A DNA stretch of 63,827 nt from Pyrinomonadaceae bacterium (GCA_049799955.1 JBARIW010000075.1:1-63827); one strand, 5' to 3'; shown: positions 18,653-29,476, counted from the first letter of the stretch. A program made the numbers and translations. The notes: generated by a model from the letters alone, not told the origin.

Positions 18653-20908
18653 TCAAAAATTCAAAACTAATTCGCCGTCTTTCTCTTCGACCGAAACGCT
18701 TCCGCCATCGGTTAGTTTGCCGAAAAGAATTTCCTGCGCGAGCGGCTGTTTGATTTTTTCGTGAATCAGACGCGCCATCGGACGCGCGCCGTATTTGCCG
18801 TCGAAACCGTGTTCGGCGAGCCAGACTTTCGCGCTTTCGGTGAGTTGTACGAGAACGCGTTTTTCGGCAAGCTGACCGTTTAGCTCGTTGATAAATTTAT
18901 CGACGATGAGCGTGATATGTTCGAGTTCGAGCGCTTTGAACGGCACCCACGCGTCGAGACGATTACGGAATTCGGGCGTGAATGTGCGTTCTATCGCTCC
19001 TTTTGCCTGACCTTTCGAGCTTGCCTGATTGCGAAAACCGACGCCGCCCGAAGATAATTCTCTCGCGCCCGCGTTGGTCGTCATAATCAAAATCACGTTG
19101 CGGAAATCGGCTTTTTTGCCGTTGTTGTCGGTCAGAGTCGCCGAATCCATCACCTGCAAGAGCAAATTAAAAAGGTTCGGATGCGCTTTTTCGATTTCGT
19201 CAAGAACGAGAACGGCGTGCGGCGTGCGCATAATCGCTTCGGTAAGAAGCCCGCCCTGGTCGTAGCCGACGTATCCCGGCGGCGCGCCGATGAGCCGCGA
19301 AACGGTGTGCGGCTCGGCATATTCGCTCATGTCGTAGCGCATAAATTCGATGCCGAGCTGTTCCGCTAATTGCTTTGAAAGCTCGGTTTTGCCAACGCCG
19401 GTCGGACCGCTGAAAAGAAACGAGCCGACGGGTTTTGTTTCGTGTCCGAGACCGGCGCGTGAAATCTGAATCGCGTTGACAATCTGGTCAATCGCTTCGT
19501 CCTGACCGAAAATTACGCCTTTCAAATCCGGCTTGAGCGTCTTCAAACGGTCTTTTTCGTCGGCGACAACCGTTTTCGGCGGAATTTTCGCCATCCGCGC
19601 AATCGCGTTTTCGACCATCTGAACGGAAATAAATTTCGGGCGCGTTTCGACGGGCAAAAGCTTCGTCGCCGCGCCGACCTCATCGATTACGTCAATCGCC
19701 TTGTCGGGCAAATGACGGTCGTTGATGTATTTTCCGGCGAGTTCGGCGGCGACTTTTAAAGCTTCGTCCGAATATTTTACGCCGTGATGTTCTTCGTAAA
19801 ATTTCTTTAAGCCTTTTAAGATTTCGTAAGTTTCGTCAATCGTCGGCTCGCCGATTTCGATTTTCTGAAAGCGTCTCGCAAGTGCGCGGTCGCGTTCAAA
19901 AGCGGCTTTGTATTCGCTGTATGTGGTCGAGCCGATACAGCGCAGAGCGCCGTCGGCAAGCGCGGGTTTTAAGATATTCGAAGCGTCCATCGCGCCGCCC
20001 GAAACCGCGCCCGCGCCGACGATTGTATGAATTTCGTCGATAAAAAGAATCGAATTTTCGTGTTTTTGCAGCTCGCTGATAATCGCTTTGAAACGCTGTT
20101 CGAAATCGCCGCGATAACGCGTTCCGGCAAGAACCGCGCCCATATCGAGCGCGAAAACTTTCGCGTCTTTTAAGACTTCCGGCACATTTCCCTCGCTGAT
20201 TTTCAGCGCCAAACCTTCCGCCAGCGCGGTTTTGCCGACGCCCGGCTCGCCGACGTAAAGCGGATTGTTTTTCTTTCGGCGGCAGAGAACCTGAATAGTT
20301 CTTTCGATTTCCTCCATCCGCCCGATTATCGGGTCAATTTCGCCTTTCGCCGCTTTTGCGACCAATTCGACGGTGAAAGATTCGAGCGGTTTTCTCTTTT
20401 TCGGTCGCGCGCGTTCTTCGGCAAATTCCTCGTCTTCCATCCCTTCGCCAATCGGGTCGAAATCCAGACCGTTATCGATTTTCGAGATGCCGTGCGCGAT
20501 ATAATTCATAATATCGAGCCGTGTTATGCTCTGCTGTTTGAGCAGATAAACAGCATAGCTTTGCTCTGCCTGATAAATTGCGGCGAGAATATTTCCGCCG
20601 TCAACGGCTCGCTGACCGCTGCCTTCCGCCTGCAAAACCGCGTATTGAATCGTCGCCTGAAACGTCGAAGTAAGCTCCGGCATCATCTTTGAGCCGTCGG
20701 GCATTTTCTCCAGAACGTCGGTGAAGTATTCCTCTAAAGATTTGGCTATTTCCTCAATTTTCGCGCCGCAGTTAAACAAAATATCGCGCGCGGCGGTGTC
20801 TTCGAGCAAAGCGAAAAGCAGATGCTCAAGCGTTACATATTCGTGTTTGTGCTTGACGGCTTCATCGACCGCAAAGCTTAACGTTTCTTCTAATTCTCTT
20901 GTCAACAT
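18653..20908 (-). CDS. clpA: ATP-dependent Clp protease ATP-binding subunit ClpA
   Basis: 751 aa, N-domain 'MLTRELEETLSFAVDEAVKHKHEYVTLEHLLFALLED', two AAA+ modules. Confidence 0.95.
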   Translation of the reverse strand: MLTRELEETLSFAVDEAVKHKHEYVTLEHLLFALLEDTAARDILFNCGAKIEEIAKSLEEYFTDVLEKMPDGSKMMPELTSTFQATIQYAVLQAEGSGQRAVDGGNILAAIYQAEQSYAVYLLKQQSITRLDIMNYIAHGISKIDNGLDFDPIGEGMEDEEFAEERARPKKRKPLESFTVELVAKAAKGEIDPIIGRMEEIERTIQVLCRRKKNNPLYVGEPGVGKTALAEGLALKISEGNVPEVLKDAKVFALDMGAVLAGTRYRGDFEQRFKAIISELQKHENSILFIDEIHTIVGAGAVSGGAMDASNILKPALADGALRCIGSTTYSEYKAAFERDRALARRFQKIEIGEPTIDETYEILKGLKKFYEEHHGVKYSDEALKVAAELAGKYINDRHLPDKAIDVIDEVGAATKLLPVETRPKFISVQMVENAIARMAKIPPKTVVADEKDRLKTLKPDLKGVIFGQDEAIDQIVNAIQISRAGLGHETKPVGSFLFSGPTGVGKTELSKQLAEQLGIEFMRYDMSEYAEPHTVSRLIGAPPGYVGYDQGGLLTEAIMRTPHAVLVLDEIEKAHPNLFNLLLQVMDSATLTDNNGKKADFRNVILIMTTNAGARELSSGGVGFRNQASSKGQAKGAIERTFTPEFRNRLDAWVPFKALELEHITLIVDKFINELNGQLAEKRVLVQLTESAKVWLAEHGFDGKYGARPMARLIHEKIKQPLAQEILFGKLTDGGSVSVEEKDGELVLNF

Positions 20909-20914
20909 ATGCTA

Positions 20915-21184
20915 CTAATTTTTTGCTGCTTCTTGATTAGCTCTTTCCTCTAACCATAAATTAACTAAAGTTTCCGTTGATACGCCTTTCTTTTCGGCAA
21001 TCGTGTGAAGCTTAGATGAAAGCGAAGTCTCAACCGCGTAATAAAAAACGTCGGATTCTAAATCAATTTCAAATTTCGCTTCCTCGGTTTTATCCCAAAC
21101 TTCGCCCAAATCGTGCGAATCCCAATACTCGCCAATTTCCTGATAAGATTTCGCTTCTGAAATTGAACTTTTATTTTCTGCCAT
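20915..21184 (-). CDS. brnA: BrnA-like antitoxin (RHH C-terminus)
   Basis: 89 aa; '…YQEIGEYWDSHDLGEVWDKTEEAKFEIDL…TLVNLWLEE' is the typical partner of BrnT. Overlaps brnT by 14 bp. Confidence 0.7.
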   Translation of the reverse strand: MAENKSSISEAKSYQEIGEYWDSHDLGEVWDKTEEAKFEIDLESDVFYYAVETSLSSKLHTIAEKKGVSTETLVNLWLEERANQEAAKN

Positions 21185-21455
21185 ACTGTTTTCTTTCCCT
21201 TTCGGTCATATCTCTTGCCGATAAAATCAAAGCGCGTCTGTCATTTTTATAGACGAAAAAACAAATCAAATAACGTCCCGAATCGGTTTGACCAAATGCC
21301 GCATATACATTTTCACCTTTTCGATGCCCTTTTTCAACAAAACGAATACGTGGATTATTGAGAAAAAGCTCGCGCACTTCTTCCGTTTCAACGGAATGTT
21401 TCCAAATCAATTTCTGAACGATTTCTTCGAGCCAAACGAATCCGGTAATTTTCAT
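21171..21455 (-). CDS. brnT: BrnT (DUF497) ribonuclease toxin
   Basis: 94 aa; MKITGFVWLEEIVQKLIWKHSVETEEVRELF … LILSARDMTERERKQY matches the BrnT pattern (W…KHG..F.E…F … IISARKAT..ER..Y). Confidence 0.8.
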   Translation of the reverse strand: MKITGFVWLEEIVQKLIWKHSVETEEVRELFLNNPRIRFVEKGHRKGENVYAAFGQTDSGRYLICFFVYKNDRRALILSARDMTERERKQYGRK

Positions 21456-21456
21456 T

Positions 21457-21789
21457 TTACTCTTCCTCGACCGTGCAGAGAAGCGGGTATTCGTGCGCCT
21501 TTGATAAATTCATCGCTTTTTCGGCTTTCATCGTGGCGACTTCGAACGAATAAACGCCCGCGACGCCAATGCCTTCGTTATGAACCTGGAACATAATCGT
21601 AAAAGCTTCGATGTCGGAGCGCATAAAGACGGTTTTGAGTATAAAAACGACAAAATCCATCGTCGTAAAATCATCGTTGTGAAGGATGACTTTATACATT
21701 TTCGGCTTTTCGAGCTTTGTCTCGCTCTCGGTCAGAACGTCGCTGTCTTGTTCAATATCGGGAAAATCCGGCATATTATCATTTATCAT
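21457..21789 (-). CDS. clpS: ATP-dependent Clp protease adaptor ClpS
   Basis: MYKVILHNDDFTTMDFVVFIL…HEYPLLCTVEEE is canonical ClpS. Confidence 0.9.
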   Translation of the reverse strand: MINDNMPDFPDIEQDSDVLTESETKLEKPKMYKVILHNDDFTTMDFVVFILKTVFMRSDIEAFTIMFQVHNEGIGVAGVYSFEVATMKAEKAMNLSKAHEYPLLCTVEEE

Positions 21790-21850
21790 TTATCATTGAA
21801 CATCTACCAAATGATTTAATAATAAATGATAAATGTTCAATGATAAATGT
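21777..21850. repeat. palindromic heptamer-repeat hairpin (ATCATTT x3 … AAATGAT) overlapping the clpS start codon
   Basis: tcatttatcattgaacat … atgttcaatgataaatg is a 17-bp perfect inverted repeat. The 5' arm encodes the clpS N-terminus MINDN. Confidence 0.85.
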
Positions 21851-22969
21851 TTAGATTTTATTAACTTCAAAATACGCTTTAATGGCGTTGTATTTGCTCG
21901 AATTGTCTAAGATGTCAAAAATCTTTTCATAGTTTTCCAAGCCTTCGACCTTGTGCGTCAGCATACGGGAAAGCCAGCCCGCGTACATCGCTTCGCAGAG
22001 CGCCAAATCTTTTACGCCAAGCTCGAAATGCTCGCGGTTGGCGTTGACCGTTCCGACCATTGCGCGATTTCCCAGAACGAACATCTGATTGATTTTGTCC
22101 GAAGGAACGGCGTCGGTTTTGCGCTCGCCGCCGGTTACGGAAGCGAGAATCAAAATGCCGTTTTCGTTCAAACTCTGCATCGCGTCGAAGATAATCGGCG
22201 AATAGCCCGTGCATTCAAAAACGAGGTCGTATTCGCCGTATTTTTTCGTACTTTCGGCAATCGATACATCGTCGGTCGAATCGTAAGTCGCGCCGATTGC
22301 TTCGATTAAATCCGCGTTCAGATAGCCTTCGCGCTTTTGCTTGCCGAAGCCGTGAACTTCGTAGCCGCGCAGGCGCAAAGCCATTATGGTCAGCAGCCCG
22401 ACGTTTCCCGTTCCGAGAACGGCGGCGGTTTTCGGATGCCAGATTTTCAAGCGTTCCTGGATGTCGCTCGCCTGTTTCAAGCCTTTTTCGATAATCGAAA
22501 GCGGTTCGAGAAGAACGGCGATTTCTTTAATCGCGGGCGGAATTTTTATTAAAAAATCTGCGCTTTCAGCGTAAAATTCCGACATATAGCCGTGCAGACG
22601 CGAGATTCCGCGCTCGTAATATTTGTCGTCGGTCGTAAAATCCTGCTCGCCGATTTTATCGTAAATGCTCGAACCGCGCGGACGCCTGACGGTGGCGACG
22701 ACGAAATCGCCTTTTTGTAATTCCTTTACATTTTCGCCCGTTTCGACGACGCGCCCGAAGTTTTCGTGTCCGAGAACGAGAAAATCGAAGCCTTTCGGCG
22801 CGACGCCGTATTCGCCGTTGTTTATTTCTCTGTCCGTTCCGCACGCTCCGACGCGCAAAACTTCGACCAGAACGCCGCGCCCGTCTTTAATTTCATCAAT
22901 TTCCGGTTTCTTCATTTGAACCAGCTTCACTGATTTCGCCTGTTTCGGCGTAACTGCTACTGCTTTCAT
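21851..22969 (-). CDS. zinc-dependent alcohol dehydrogenase family (glucose 1-dehydrogenase / threonine-DH-like)
   Basis: 372 aa; 'VGACGTDREI' catalytic-zinc motif, Rossmann fold. Confidence 0.8.
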   Translation of the reverse strand: MKAVAVTPKQAKSVKLVQMKKPEIDEIKDGRGVLVEVLRVGACGTDREINNGEYGVAPKGFDFLVLGHENFGRVVETGENVKELQKGDFVVATVRRPRGSSIYDKIGEQDFTTDDKYYERGISRLHGYMSEFYAESADFLIKIPPAIKEIAVLLEPLSIIEKGLKQASDIQERLKIWHPKTAAVLGTGNVGLLTIMALRLRGYEVHGFGKQKREGYLNADLIEAIGATYDSTDDVSIAESTKKYGEYDLVFECTGYSPIIFDAMQSLNENGILILASVTGGERKTDAVPSDKINQMFVLGNRAMVGTVNANREHFELGVKDLALCEAMYAGWLSRMLTHKVEGLENYEKIFDILDNSSKYNAIKAYFEVNKI

Positions 22970-23021
22970 AAATTATCCTCTTTAACTTTAGAGTTTAGCG
23001 TTTGTGCGGAAAAAGATTAAA

Positions 23022-23092
23022 TGCAGAGACGCTGGAGACGCGGAGAAAAGAAAATTTATTTCTTAAAATCTCTGCGTCTCCAGCGTCTTTGC
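23022..23092. repeat. GCAGAGACGC-family palindromic element (intergenic copy), terminator position
   Basis: tgcagagacgctggagacgcggaga-loop-tctctgcgtctccagcgtctttgcg; 22/25 complementary arms, and the loop is itself palindromic (aagaaa…tttctt). Confidence 0.85.
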
Positions 23093-23121
23093 GTTAAAAA
23101 AATACTTAATTTGCAATGACA

Positions 23122-26100
23122 TTAAACTTTTACTGCGACCGTCGCTTTGCGTTCCAGCTTGCCCCAACCGACGAGCGCGCCGCGAATTGCGGTCAGAACC
23201 GATTTGACCATCACCCAATACATTACCTGACGATAACCGAAACGCTGCAAGAGAAGCCAGCCGAGCAATCGTTTCTGCTCGCGTTTCTCCATCATAAACG
23301 CGGCGAACGCGCCGAACCAGTCAACCGCCAGAAAAAGCGCGTAATAAAACATCACCGCGCCCAGATTTGTCGGCGTATGCGCGTATTCTTTTTGATGTTC
23401 GAGATAGCCGATAAGCACGGAAACAAGCGTCCAGACGAACATCAAATCCATAAGCGGCGAAATGAGCGGAAACAAAACCTGAAAAATCCAGACGTTCGGC
23501 ATCGCGACGAAACCGAGCGCGCCGTATTTCGGATTGAGAAACGCCCGTTTGTGTTTCCACATACACTGTAAAGTTCCGAACGACCAGCGAAATCTCTGTT
23601 TTGCAAGCCCGCGAAGCATGTCGGGCGCTTCGGTCAGACCGACTGCGTTTTCTTCATAACCGATGTAATAGCCGAGCTTGCGAACCTGAATCGTTAAATC
23701 CTGGTCTTCGGCGAGCGTGTCGGACGAAAATCCGCCGATTTTTTCCAGAACCTCGCGCCGCCACGCGCCGACCGAACCGGGAACAACCGTGATGCAGTTC
23801 AGGGACGCAAAAGCGCGGCGGTCGAAATTCTGCGAAGTAACGTATTCGAGCGCCTGCCATTTGGTAACGATATTTATACGGTTTCCGACCTTCGCATTTC
23901 CGGCTACCGCGCCGATTGTTTTATCGGCAAAACGGCGCGCGAGCGCGGAAATCGTCTGCGATTCAAAAAGCGTGTCGGCATCGAGCGCGACGATAATCTC
24001 GCCTTTCGCCAGCCGCCAGCCGAAATTCAATGCCTCGGCTTTCCCGCCGTTTTCTTTACGAAAAATCGAAACTTTTTTGTTCGCGCCGAAATTTTCACGG
24101 GCAAGTTCAAACGTGTTATCGCCCGAGCCGTCGTCAACGACGATAACCTCAAAATTCGGGTAATCGGATTCAAGCAGGCTTTCAATAGTTCGGACGATTA
24201 CTTTTCCTTCGTTAAAAGCCGGAACGACGACCGAAACGCGCGGCTCGTATTTTTCGCCGAAATGGTCGTGCTCGCGCCTTCTTGAGCGCAGATATTGAGC
24301 GAAAGCAAGAATGCCGATGAGCGCCATCCGGCTCAAACCCAAAACGATTCCGATGATAAACGTCCACTGCATCAGCCAGCCGCCGATTGATATTCCGTAG
24401 AAAACAAACGAATCGGTTTCGGCGTAAAACGTCCGATTTTCGGGAACTTGCGGCATCGCCTGCTCGCGCGAAATATCCGCTAAATCGGAAACGGTCGTGA
24501 ACTCGAAACCACGCGCTTTTAGTTCGTGAATAATTCGCGGCAAAGCTTCGACGGTCGCCGAACGGTCGCCGCCGCCATCGTGCAGCAAAACTATCTCGCC
24601 GCGCGCTTCGAGCGTTGTAACTGCCGCCGCCGCAAGGGTTTCGTTGACCAAATCATCGGCATTGCGCGGCGTTCCATCGTCGTTTTTCAATTTCCAGTCG
24701 TCCGGGTCGATATGCAAGCCGACGGAAATATAACCTAAATTCTGCGCCTGAATGGTTGGCTCGACCTCGTCCGGCGTGCGCGGCTCGGCATCGCCGAAAT
24801 AAGGCGCGCGGAAAAGACGCGTCGAATGTCCGGTCAGCGATTCGATAAGGCGCTGGGTCGCGTTTAGTTCGATGTCTGTAACCTGACGCGGAACTTCGCC
24901 CAGATTCGGATGCGTGAACGAATGATTGCCGATTTCGTGACCTTCGGCGACGATTCGTTTGATTAAATCGGGATTTGCCTGACCGTTTTCGCCGACGACG
25001 AAAAACGCGGCTTTGACGTTTTCCTGTTTTAGAATATCGAGAATTTTCGGCGTCCAGACCGGGTCGGGTCCGTCATCGAAAGTCAGAACGATTTTCCCGA
25101 TTTTATCGCCCGTTCGCTGGATGACGTAAGACGACGGAACCTGCCGGTAAATTTCATTTGTAACCGCGCCGCCGGCGTCCGATTTCAAATCGCGCACGCC
25201 GTCCTGCGGCTCGGCTTTGACCTGAAGAATCTCGCCCGTTCCTTCAAAATCGACATCGTAGCCGTATTTGATAATTTTTAAATCATCCGACAAAAAACTC
25301 TGATTGTCCGCGCCGAATATTTTCCACAAACTCGGGTCTTCGCTGCCCAGACGCCACAGCGCAAAACCTGCGACTTTATAAGGTTCTGCGGATTGAATTT
25401 CGTTGTAAGCCGTAACCGCGTCGAGAAACCAGACGTTGTGCGTTTTGCCATCGTCCTCGACGTAGCTGAAATACGGATTTTTCGATGCGCTGTCAAACTT
25501 TATTTCGGTCGGGCTGTCCAGAGATTCTTTCGCGGCGAGTACGGACTGCTGAAACGAAATGTCTTCGGCTTCCTTCGCGCCGTTTGTCCAGTTGTAGCCG
25601 TAATTGCCGAAACAGACGACGGTTTTGGCTGGCGCAAGCTCCGTCATACGCTTTTTCAAAATCGTTTCAAACCATTCCTGACCGGCAATCGAACCGGCTT
25701 CGCCCGTCGACCAGTGCTGGTCATAAGCCATCAGCATCAGATAATCGATTACATTTGCGTAAGCGCGATAATTCCAGTCGGGATTGTCGAAGGGAACTGC
25801 CTGCGCGAGCGTCAAATTTCGTTTTTGAAACTCCGCGTGCAGCTCTTCCATAAATGTGAAAAGACTCGTCTGCGCGCTCGCCGGAACTTCCTCGATGTCA
25901 ATCGTGATGCCGCCGAATTTGTATTTCGCAATCGTTTCGAGCAATGATTTTATAAGTTTTTGGCGCGCGTCCTCCGTTGAAACGGCTTTTGCCAGAATTG
26001 CCGAATTCCATTGCTCGTTTTTATAGTTTTGCAAAAGCGGCAGAACCGGCATATCAGGCTTTTCCTGCTGAATCAAATCGAGCGCCTGTTGGTCAATGTC

Positions 26101-26694
26101 CAGAACGAGCGGGTTTTCATCGTCGCCCGAAAGCCGAATCCATTCGGGAACGAGCCAATCAAGCCTGTTGATATTCTGCTTGAGCGAAGCATAGCTGGAA
26201 TCGTCCCAGTTGACGTAAAAACCGATTGCCAGGGGCTTTCCGTTTGTATTTAAAGGCGGCGTCGGCGCGGGCTTGGTCGCCAGAAACATTTCTTTGTCGG
26301 ATAATTTTTGCCGCTTGATTTCGTCTCGTTTGCTCTTTTCAAGCTTTACCTGTTTGAGCAGCGAGTCATGTTTGCCGAGTTTAGGTATTTCGGGAAGCTG
26401 AATCTGCGTGTCTTCCTGCTGCGGCAAAAGCACCGACGGTTTTAAGCGAATTTGCGGAAGAAACGGATTTATCAGGACGCTGACGACGAAAAAGACGAAA
26501 AAAGCCGTTATTACGATTGCCAGCACAAGTCCGAGATAATTAAAAACACGCCAGCGTCTGCCTTTTTTGTCAAAAAAGACAGGTTTTTTGTTGTCCAAAA
26601 GCGAATCGTTTATCATATTTTTTAAAACCAGATAATAGATGCATAAACGAGATTTGGAGGCTAATGTTTTGAGTTTTTTATTCCTCGGAAGCAA
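23122..26694 (-). CDS. tri-domain membrane polysaccharide synthase: GH18-like hydrolase domain + NodB-type (CE4) polysaccharide deacetylase + family-2 glycosyltransferase (PgaC/IcaA/NodC-like)
   Basis: 1190 aa. N-terminal TM then a GH18-like domain ([11 protein letters not shown]…[10 protein letters not shown]); CE4 NodB motifs (TFDDGP…, …[11 protein letters not shown]); GT2 (VVVPAFNEG…VVDDGSGD… with processive 'QRFRWSFG' motif) plus C-terminal TM helices. The start overlaps the upstream GH63-like gene by 17 bp. Confidence 0.8.
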   Translation of the reverse strand: MLPRNKKLKTLASKSRLCIYYLVLKNMINDSLLDNKKPVFFDKKGRRWRVFNYLGLVLAIVITAFFVFFVVSVLINPFLPQIRLKPSVLLPQQEDTQIQLPEIPKLGKHDSLLKQVKLEKSKRDEIKRQKLSDKEMFLATKPAPTPPLNTNGKPLAIGFYVNWDDSSYASLKQNINRLDWLVPEWIRLSGDDENPLVLDIDQQALDLIQQEKPDMPVLPLLQNYKNEQWNSAILAKAVSTEDARQKLIKSLLETIAKYKFGGITIDIEEVPASAQTSLFTFMEELHAEFQKRNLTLAQAVPFDNPDWNYRAYANVIDYLMLMAYDQHWSTGEAGSIAGQEWFETILKKRMTELAPAKTVVCFGNYGYNWTNGAKEAEDISFQQSVLAAKESLDSPTEIKFDSASKNPYFSYVEDDGKTHNVWFLDAVTAYNEIQSAEPYKVAGFALWRLGSEDPSLWKIFGADNQSFLSDDLKIIKYGYDVDFEGTGEILQVKAEPQDGVRDLKSDAGGAVTNEIYRQVPSSYVIQRTGDKIGKIVLTFDDGPDPVWTPKILDILKQENVKAAFFVVGENGQANPDLIKRIVAEGHEIGNHSFTHPNLGEVPRQVTDIELNATQRLIESLTGHSTRLFRAPYFGDAEPRTPDEVEPTIQAQNLGYISVGLHIDPDDWKLKNDDGTPRNADDLVNETLAAAAVTTLEARGEIVLLHDGGGDRSATVEALPRIIHELKARGFEFTTVSDLADISREQAMPQVPENRTFYAETDSFVFYGISIGGWLMQWTFIIGIVLGLSRMALIGILAFAQYLRSRRREHDHFGEKYEPRVSVVVPAFNEGKVIVRTIESLLESDYPNFEVIVVDDGSGDNTFELARENFGANKKVSIFRKENGGKAEALNFGWRLAKGEIIVALDADTLFESQTISALARRFADKTIGAVAGNAKVGNRINIVTKWQALEYVTSQNFDRRAFASLNCITVVPGSVGAWRREVLEKIGGFSSDTLAEDQDLTIQVRKLGYYIGYEENAVGLTEAPDMLRGLAKQRFRWSFGTLQCMWKHKRAFLNPKYGALGFVAMPNVWIFQVLFPLISPLMDLMFVWTLVSVLIGYLEHQKEYAHTPTNLGAVMFYYALFLAVDWFGAFAAFMMEKREQKRLLGWLLLQRFGYRQVMYWVMVKSVLTAIRGALVGWGKLERKATVAVKV

Positions 26695-29476
26695 TTTCTG
26701 AAGTTTCGATATGCCTGCCGCTTTTTTCGTCTTCGTATTCGCCGATTTGCTGTAATAATTTGCCGATTAAACCTGTCCAGCCCGTCTGATGGCTCGCGCC
26801 GAGACCTGAGCCGCGGTCGCCGTGAAAATATTCGTAAAACAAAATATAGTCGCGCCAATGTTCATCCGTTTGAAATTTTTGGGTGCTGCCGTGAACGGCG
26901 CGGATTCCTTCCTCATCTTTTAAGAAAATGTTTGAAAGACGTTTCGATAATTCCTGCGAAACTTCCCAGAGCGTCAGCATTTTTTCAGAACCTGTCGGAA
27001 ATTCGATTTTAAAGTCTTCGCCGTAAAAGAAATCGAATTTCTGTAAACTCTCGATTAAAAGATAGTTGACCGGAAACCAGATTGGACCGCGCCAGTTCGA
27101 ATTTCCGCCGAACATTCCGCTTCGGGACTCGGCAGGCTCGTATTCGACCGTGTGTTTTGTTCCATCCATTTCTAAAATGTAAGGATTTGTTTTGTGAAAG
27201 CGCGAAAGCGCGCGAATGCCGTAATCGGACAAAAACTCGGTTTCCGAGAGCATATAGCGCAAAATGCTTTGCAGTTTTTCGCGCGTAACGATTGAGAGAA
27301 TCCGCCTTTTTTCTCTGCCTTCTTCCTGCATACAGGCGATGTCGTCGGTCAAATCGGGGCGGTTTTTGAGAAACCATTCGGTTCGTTTTCTGAATTCGGG
27401 CAGATTTTCAAGCCATTCTTCTTCGATGGTTTCGACCGCGAAAAGCGGAATCAGCCCGACCATCGAGCGCAGCTTTATAGGAATATTTCGCTGAGCCGGA
27501 AGGTGCAGAACGTCGTAATAAAAACCGTCGCGCTCGTTCCAAAGCTCGGTATTTTCGTTGCCGAGATTGTTCATCGCGTCGGAAATATAAACGAAATGCT
27601 CGAAAAATTTGCTGGCGACATCTTCATAAACCTTGTCTTCTTTGGCGAGTTCGAGCGCGATTGCGAGCATATTCAGGCAATACATCGCCATCCAGCTCGT
27701 TCCGTCGGATTGTTCCAAAAATCCGCCGCCCGGCAGCTTCGTGCTGCGGTCGAAAACTCCGATATTGTCGAGTCCGAGAAATCCGCCTTCAAAAACGTTA
27801 TTGCCTTCCTCGTCCTTTCGATTCACCCACCACGTAAAATTGAGAAGCAGTTTGTGAAAAACTTTCTCCAGAAAATCACGGTCTGTCGCGCCGCGCCTTT
27901 TTGCTTCGATTTGATAAACTCTGAGCGCCGCCCACGCGTGAACCGGCGGATTGACATCGCCGAAAGCCCATTCATACGCCGGAATCTGACCGTTCGGATG
28001 CATATACCATTCGCGCAGAAGCAGAATAAGCTGCTTTTTCGCAAAATCCGAATCGACCAGCGCGAGCGGAATCGTGTGAAAAGCCAAATCCCAAGCCGCG
28101 TACCACGGATATTCCCATTTGTCGGGCATCGAGACGATATCATCGTTGTAAAGATGTTTCCAATCCTTGTTTCGCCCGCTGAATCTCTCTTTCGGCGGCG
28201 GCGAAAACGCGCTGTCGCCTTCGAGCCAGTCTTTAACGATGTATTGATAAAACTGCTTCGACCAGAGCATTCCGGCTAAGCTTTGCCGCATCACGTTTTT
28301 TTCGTCGTCGGACAAATTATTTGGAATAATTTCAGTATAAAAATCATTGGCTTCGGCAATTCGCCGCTGGAAAATCGCTTCGCAGTCGGCGATGAATTCA
28401 TCGTGGGAAATTTCGCCGCAGAGACGCAGAGACGCGGAGTTTTTTTCAATTATTTCATCTTGATTCGTTTTTGAATTTTCTCTCAGCGTCTCTGCGTCTC
28501 TGCGGTTCAAATCCTTTTTGCACAAGCGCAAGTAAATCGTTTCGCTCGAATCAGGCGCAAGTTCAAAAGCATAATGCGCGGCGGCTTTCGTTCCCGTTTG
28601 CTTTGGATTGACGGCGTTTCTGTTGCCGCCGACGACATAATCGTTGATGCCGTCTTTGGCAAAGGGCGATTTATTTTCGCCGCCGTAAAGTTTTTGAAAG
28701 TTCGTCTCGTTTTCGCAGAAAAGCAAGGTTGAAGAGCCTTCCGCGCAAAGAATATATTCGCCGATTGGAGATTCGAGATGCACTAGCGAGAGATTTTCCG
28801 CGCTCGTTTCCGCTTTTTTCAAAATCGGTTTTTTTGCGCTTTCCGTCCAAGACCAGTTATTGCGAAACCAGACGGTCGGCAAAATATGAAGCGGCGCGGG
28901 TTCTTCCGAGCGATTAAAAGCGGTGATTTTAATGCAAATATCTTCCGCGTCCGCCTTTGCGTATTCTACAAAGACATCGAAATATTTGTTTTCGTCAAAC
29001 GCGCCCGTGTCCATCAATTCAAATTCCGGCTGCGATTTGTCGCGCCGGAGATTTTCGTCTTTGAGAATTTTGTAGGGAAATTCGCTCTGCGGGTATTTGT
29101 AGAGATATTTCATGTAGGAATGCGTCGGCGTGTTGTCGAGATAAAAATAATATTCTTTTACGTCTTCGCCGTGATTTCCCTGATTACCGCCGACGCCGTA
29201 AAGTCTTTCCTTTAGAACCCGGTCTTTGCCGTTCCATAAAGATAAAGCGAAGCAGATGTGCTGTTTGCGGTCGCAAATGCCGGCGATTCCGTCTTCGTTC
29301 CAGCGATAAGTTTTCGAAACTGCCTGCTCGAACGGGAAATAATCCCACGCCGCGCCGTCAGCCGAATAATCTTCGCGCACCGTTCCCCAGGCTCGTTCCG
29401 AAACGTAACAGCCCCATTGCTTCCAGTCTTTTTCTTTTTTTCGTGCTTCTTCGAGCCGTTTTTCTTCCGCCTGCAA
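26678..29476 (-). CDS. GH63-like (MGH1/processing-alpha-glucosidase-like) glycoside hydrolase
   Basis: 932 aa; '…[17 protein letters not shown]…' N-domain and an (alpha/alpha)6-barrel-like C-domain ('[14 protein letters not shown]…'). Family assignment is from memory of the fold pattern. Confidence 0.65.
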   Translation of the reverse strand: MQAEEKRLEEARKKEKDWKQWGCYVSERAWGTVREDYSADGAAWDYFPFEQAVSKTYRWNEDGIAGICDRKQHICFALSLWNGKDRVLKERLYGVGGNQGNHGEDVKEYYFYLDNTPTHSYMKYLYKYPQSEFPYKILKDENLRRDKSQPEFELMDTGAFDENKYFDVFVEYAKADAEDICIKITAFNRSEEPAPLHILPTVWFRNNWSWTESAKKPILKKAETSAENLSLVHLESPIGEYILCAEGSSTLLFCENETNFQKLYGGENKSPFAKDGINDYVVGGNRNAVNPKQTGTKAAAHYAFELAPDSSETIYLRLCKKDLNRRDAETLRENSKTNQDEIIEKNSASLRLCGEISHDEFIADCEAIFQRRIAEANDFYTEIIPNNLSDDEKNVMRQSLAGMLWSKQFYQYIVKDWLEGDSAFSPPPKERFSGRNKDWKHLYNDDIVSMPDKWEYPWYAAWDLAFHTIPLALVDSDFAKKQLILLLREWYMHPNGQIPAYEWAFGDVNPPVHAWAALRVYQIEAKRRGATDRDFLEKVFHKLLLNFTWWVNRKDEEGNNVFEGGFLGLDNIGVFDRSTKLPGGGFLEQSDGTSWMAMYCLNMLAIALELAKEDKVYEDVASKFFEHFVYISDAMNNLGNENTELWNERDGFYYDVLHLPAQRNIPIKLRSMVGLIPLFAVETIEEEWLENLPEFRKRTEWFLKNRPDLTDDIACMQEEGREKRRILSIVTREKLQSILRYMLSETEFLSDYGIRALSRFHKTNPYILEMDGTKHTVEYEPAESRSGMFGGNSNWRGPIWFPVNYLLIESLQKFDFFYGEDFKIEFPTGSEKMLTLWEVSQELSKRLSNIFLKDEEGIRAVHGSTQKFQTDEHWRDYILFYEYFHGDRGSGLGASHQTGWTGLIGKLLQQIGEYEDEKSGRHIETSEIASEE
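28416..28506. repeat. GCAGAGACGC-family palindromic element inserted in-frame inside the GH63-like CDS
   Basis: ccgcagagacgcagagacgcggag-43 nt-ctcagcgtctctgcgtctctgcgg; encodes …[30 protein letters not shown]… on the minus strand. Confidence 0.8.
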
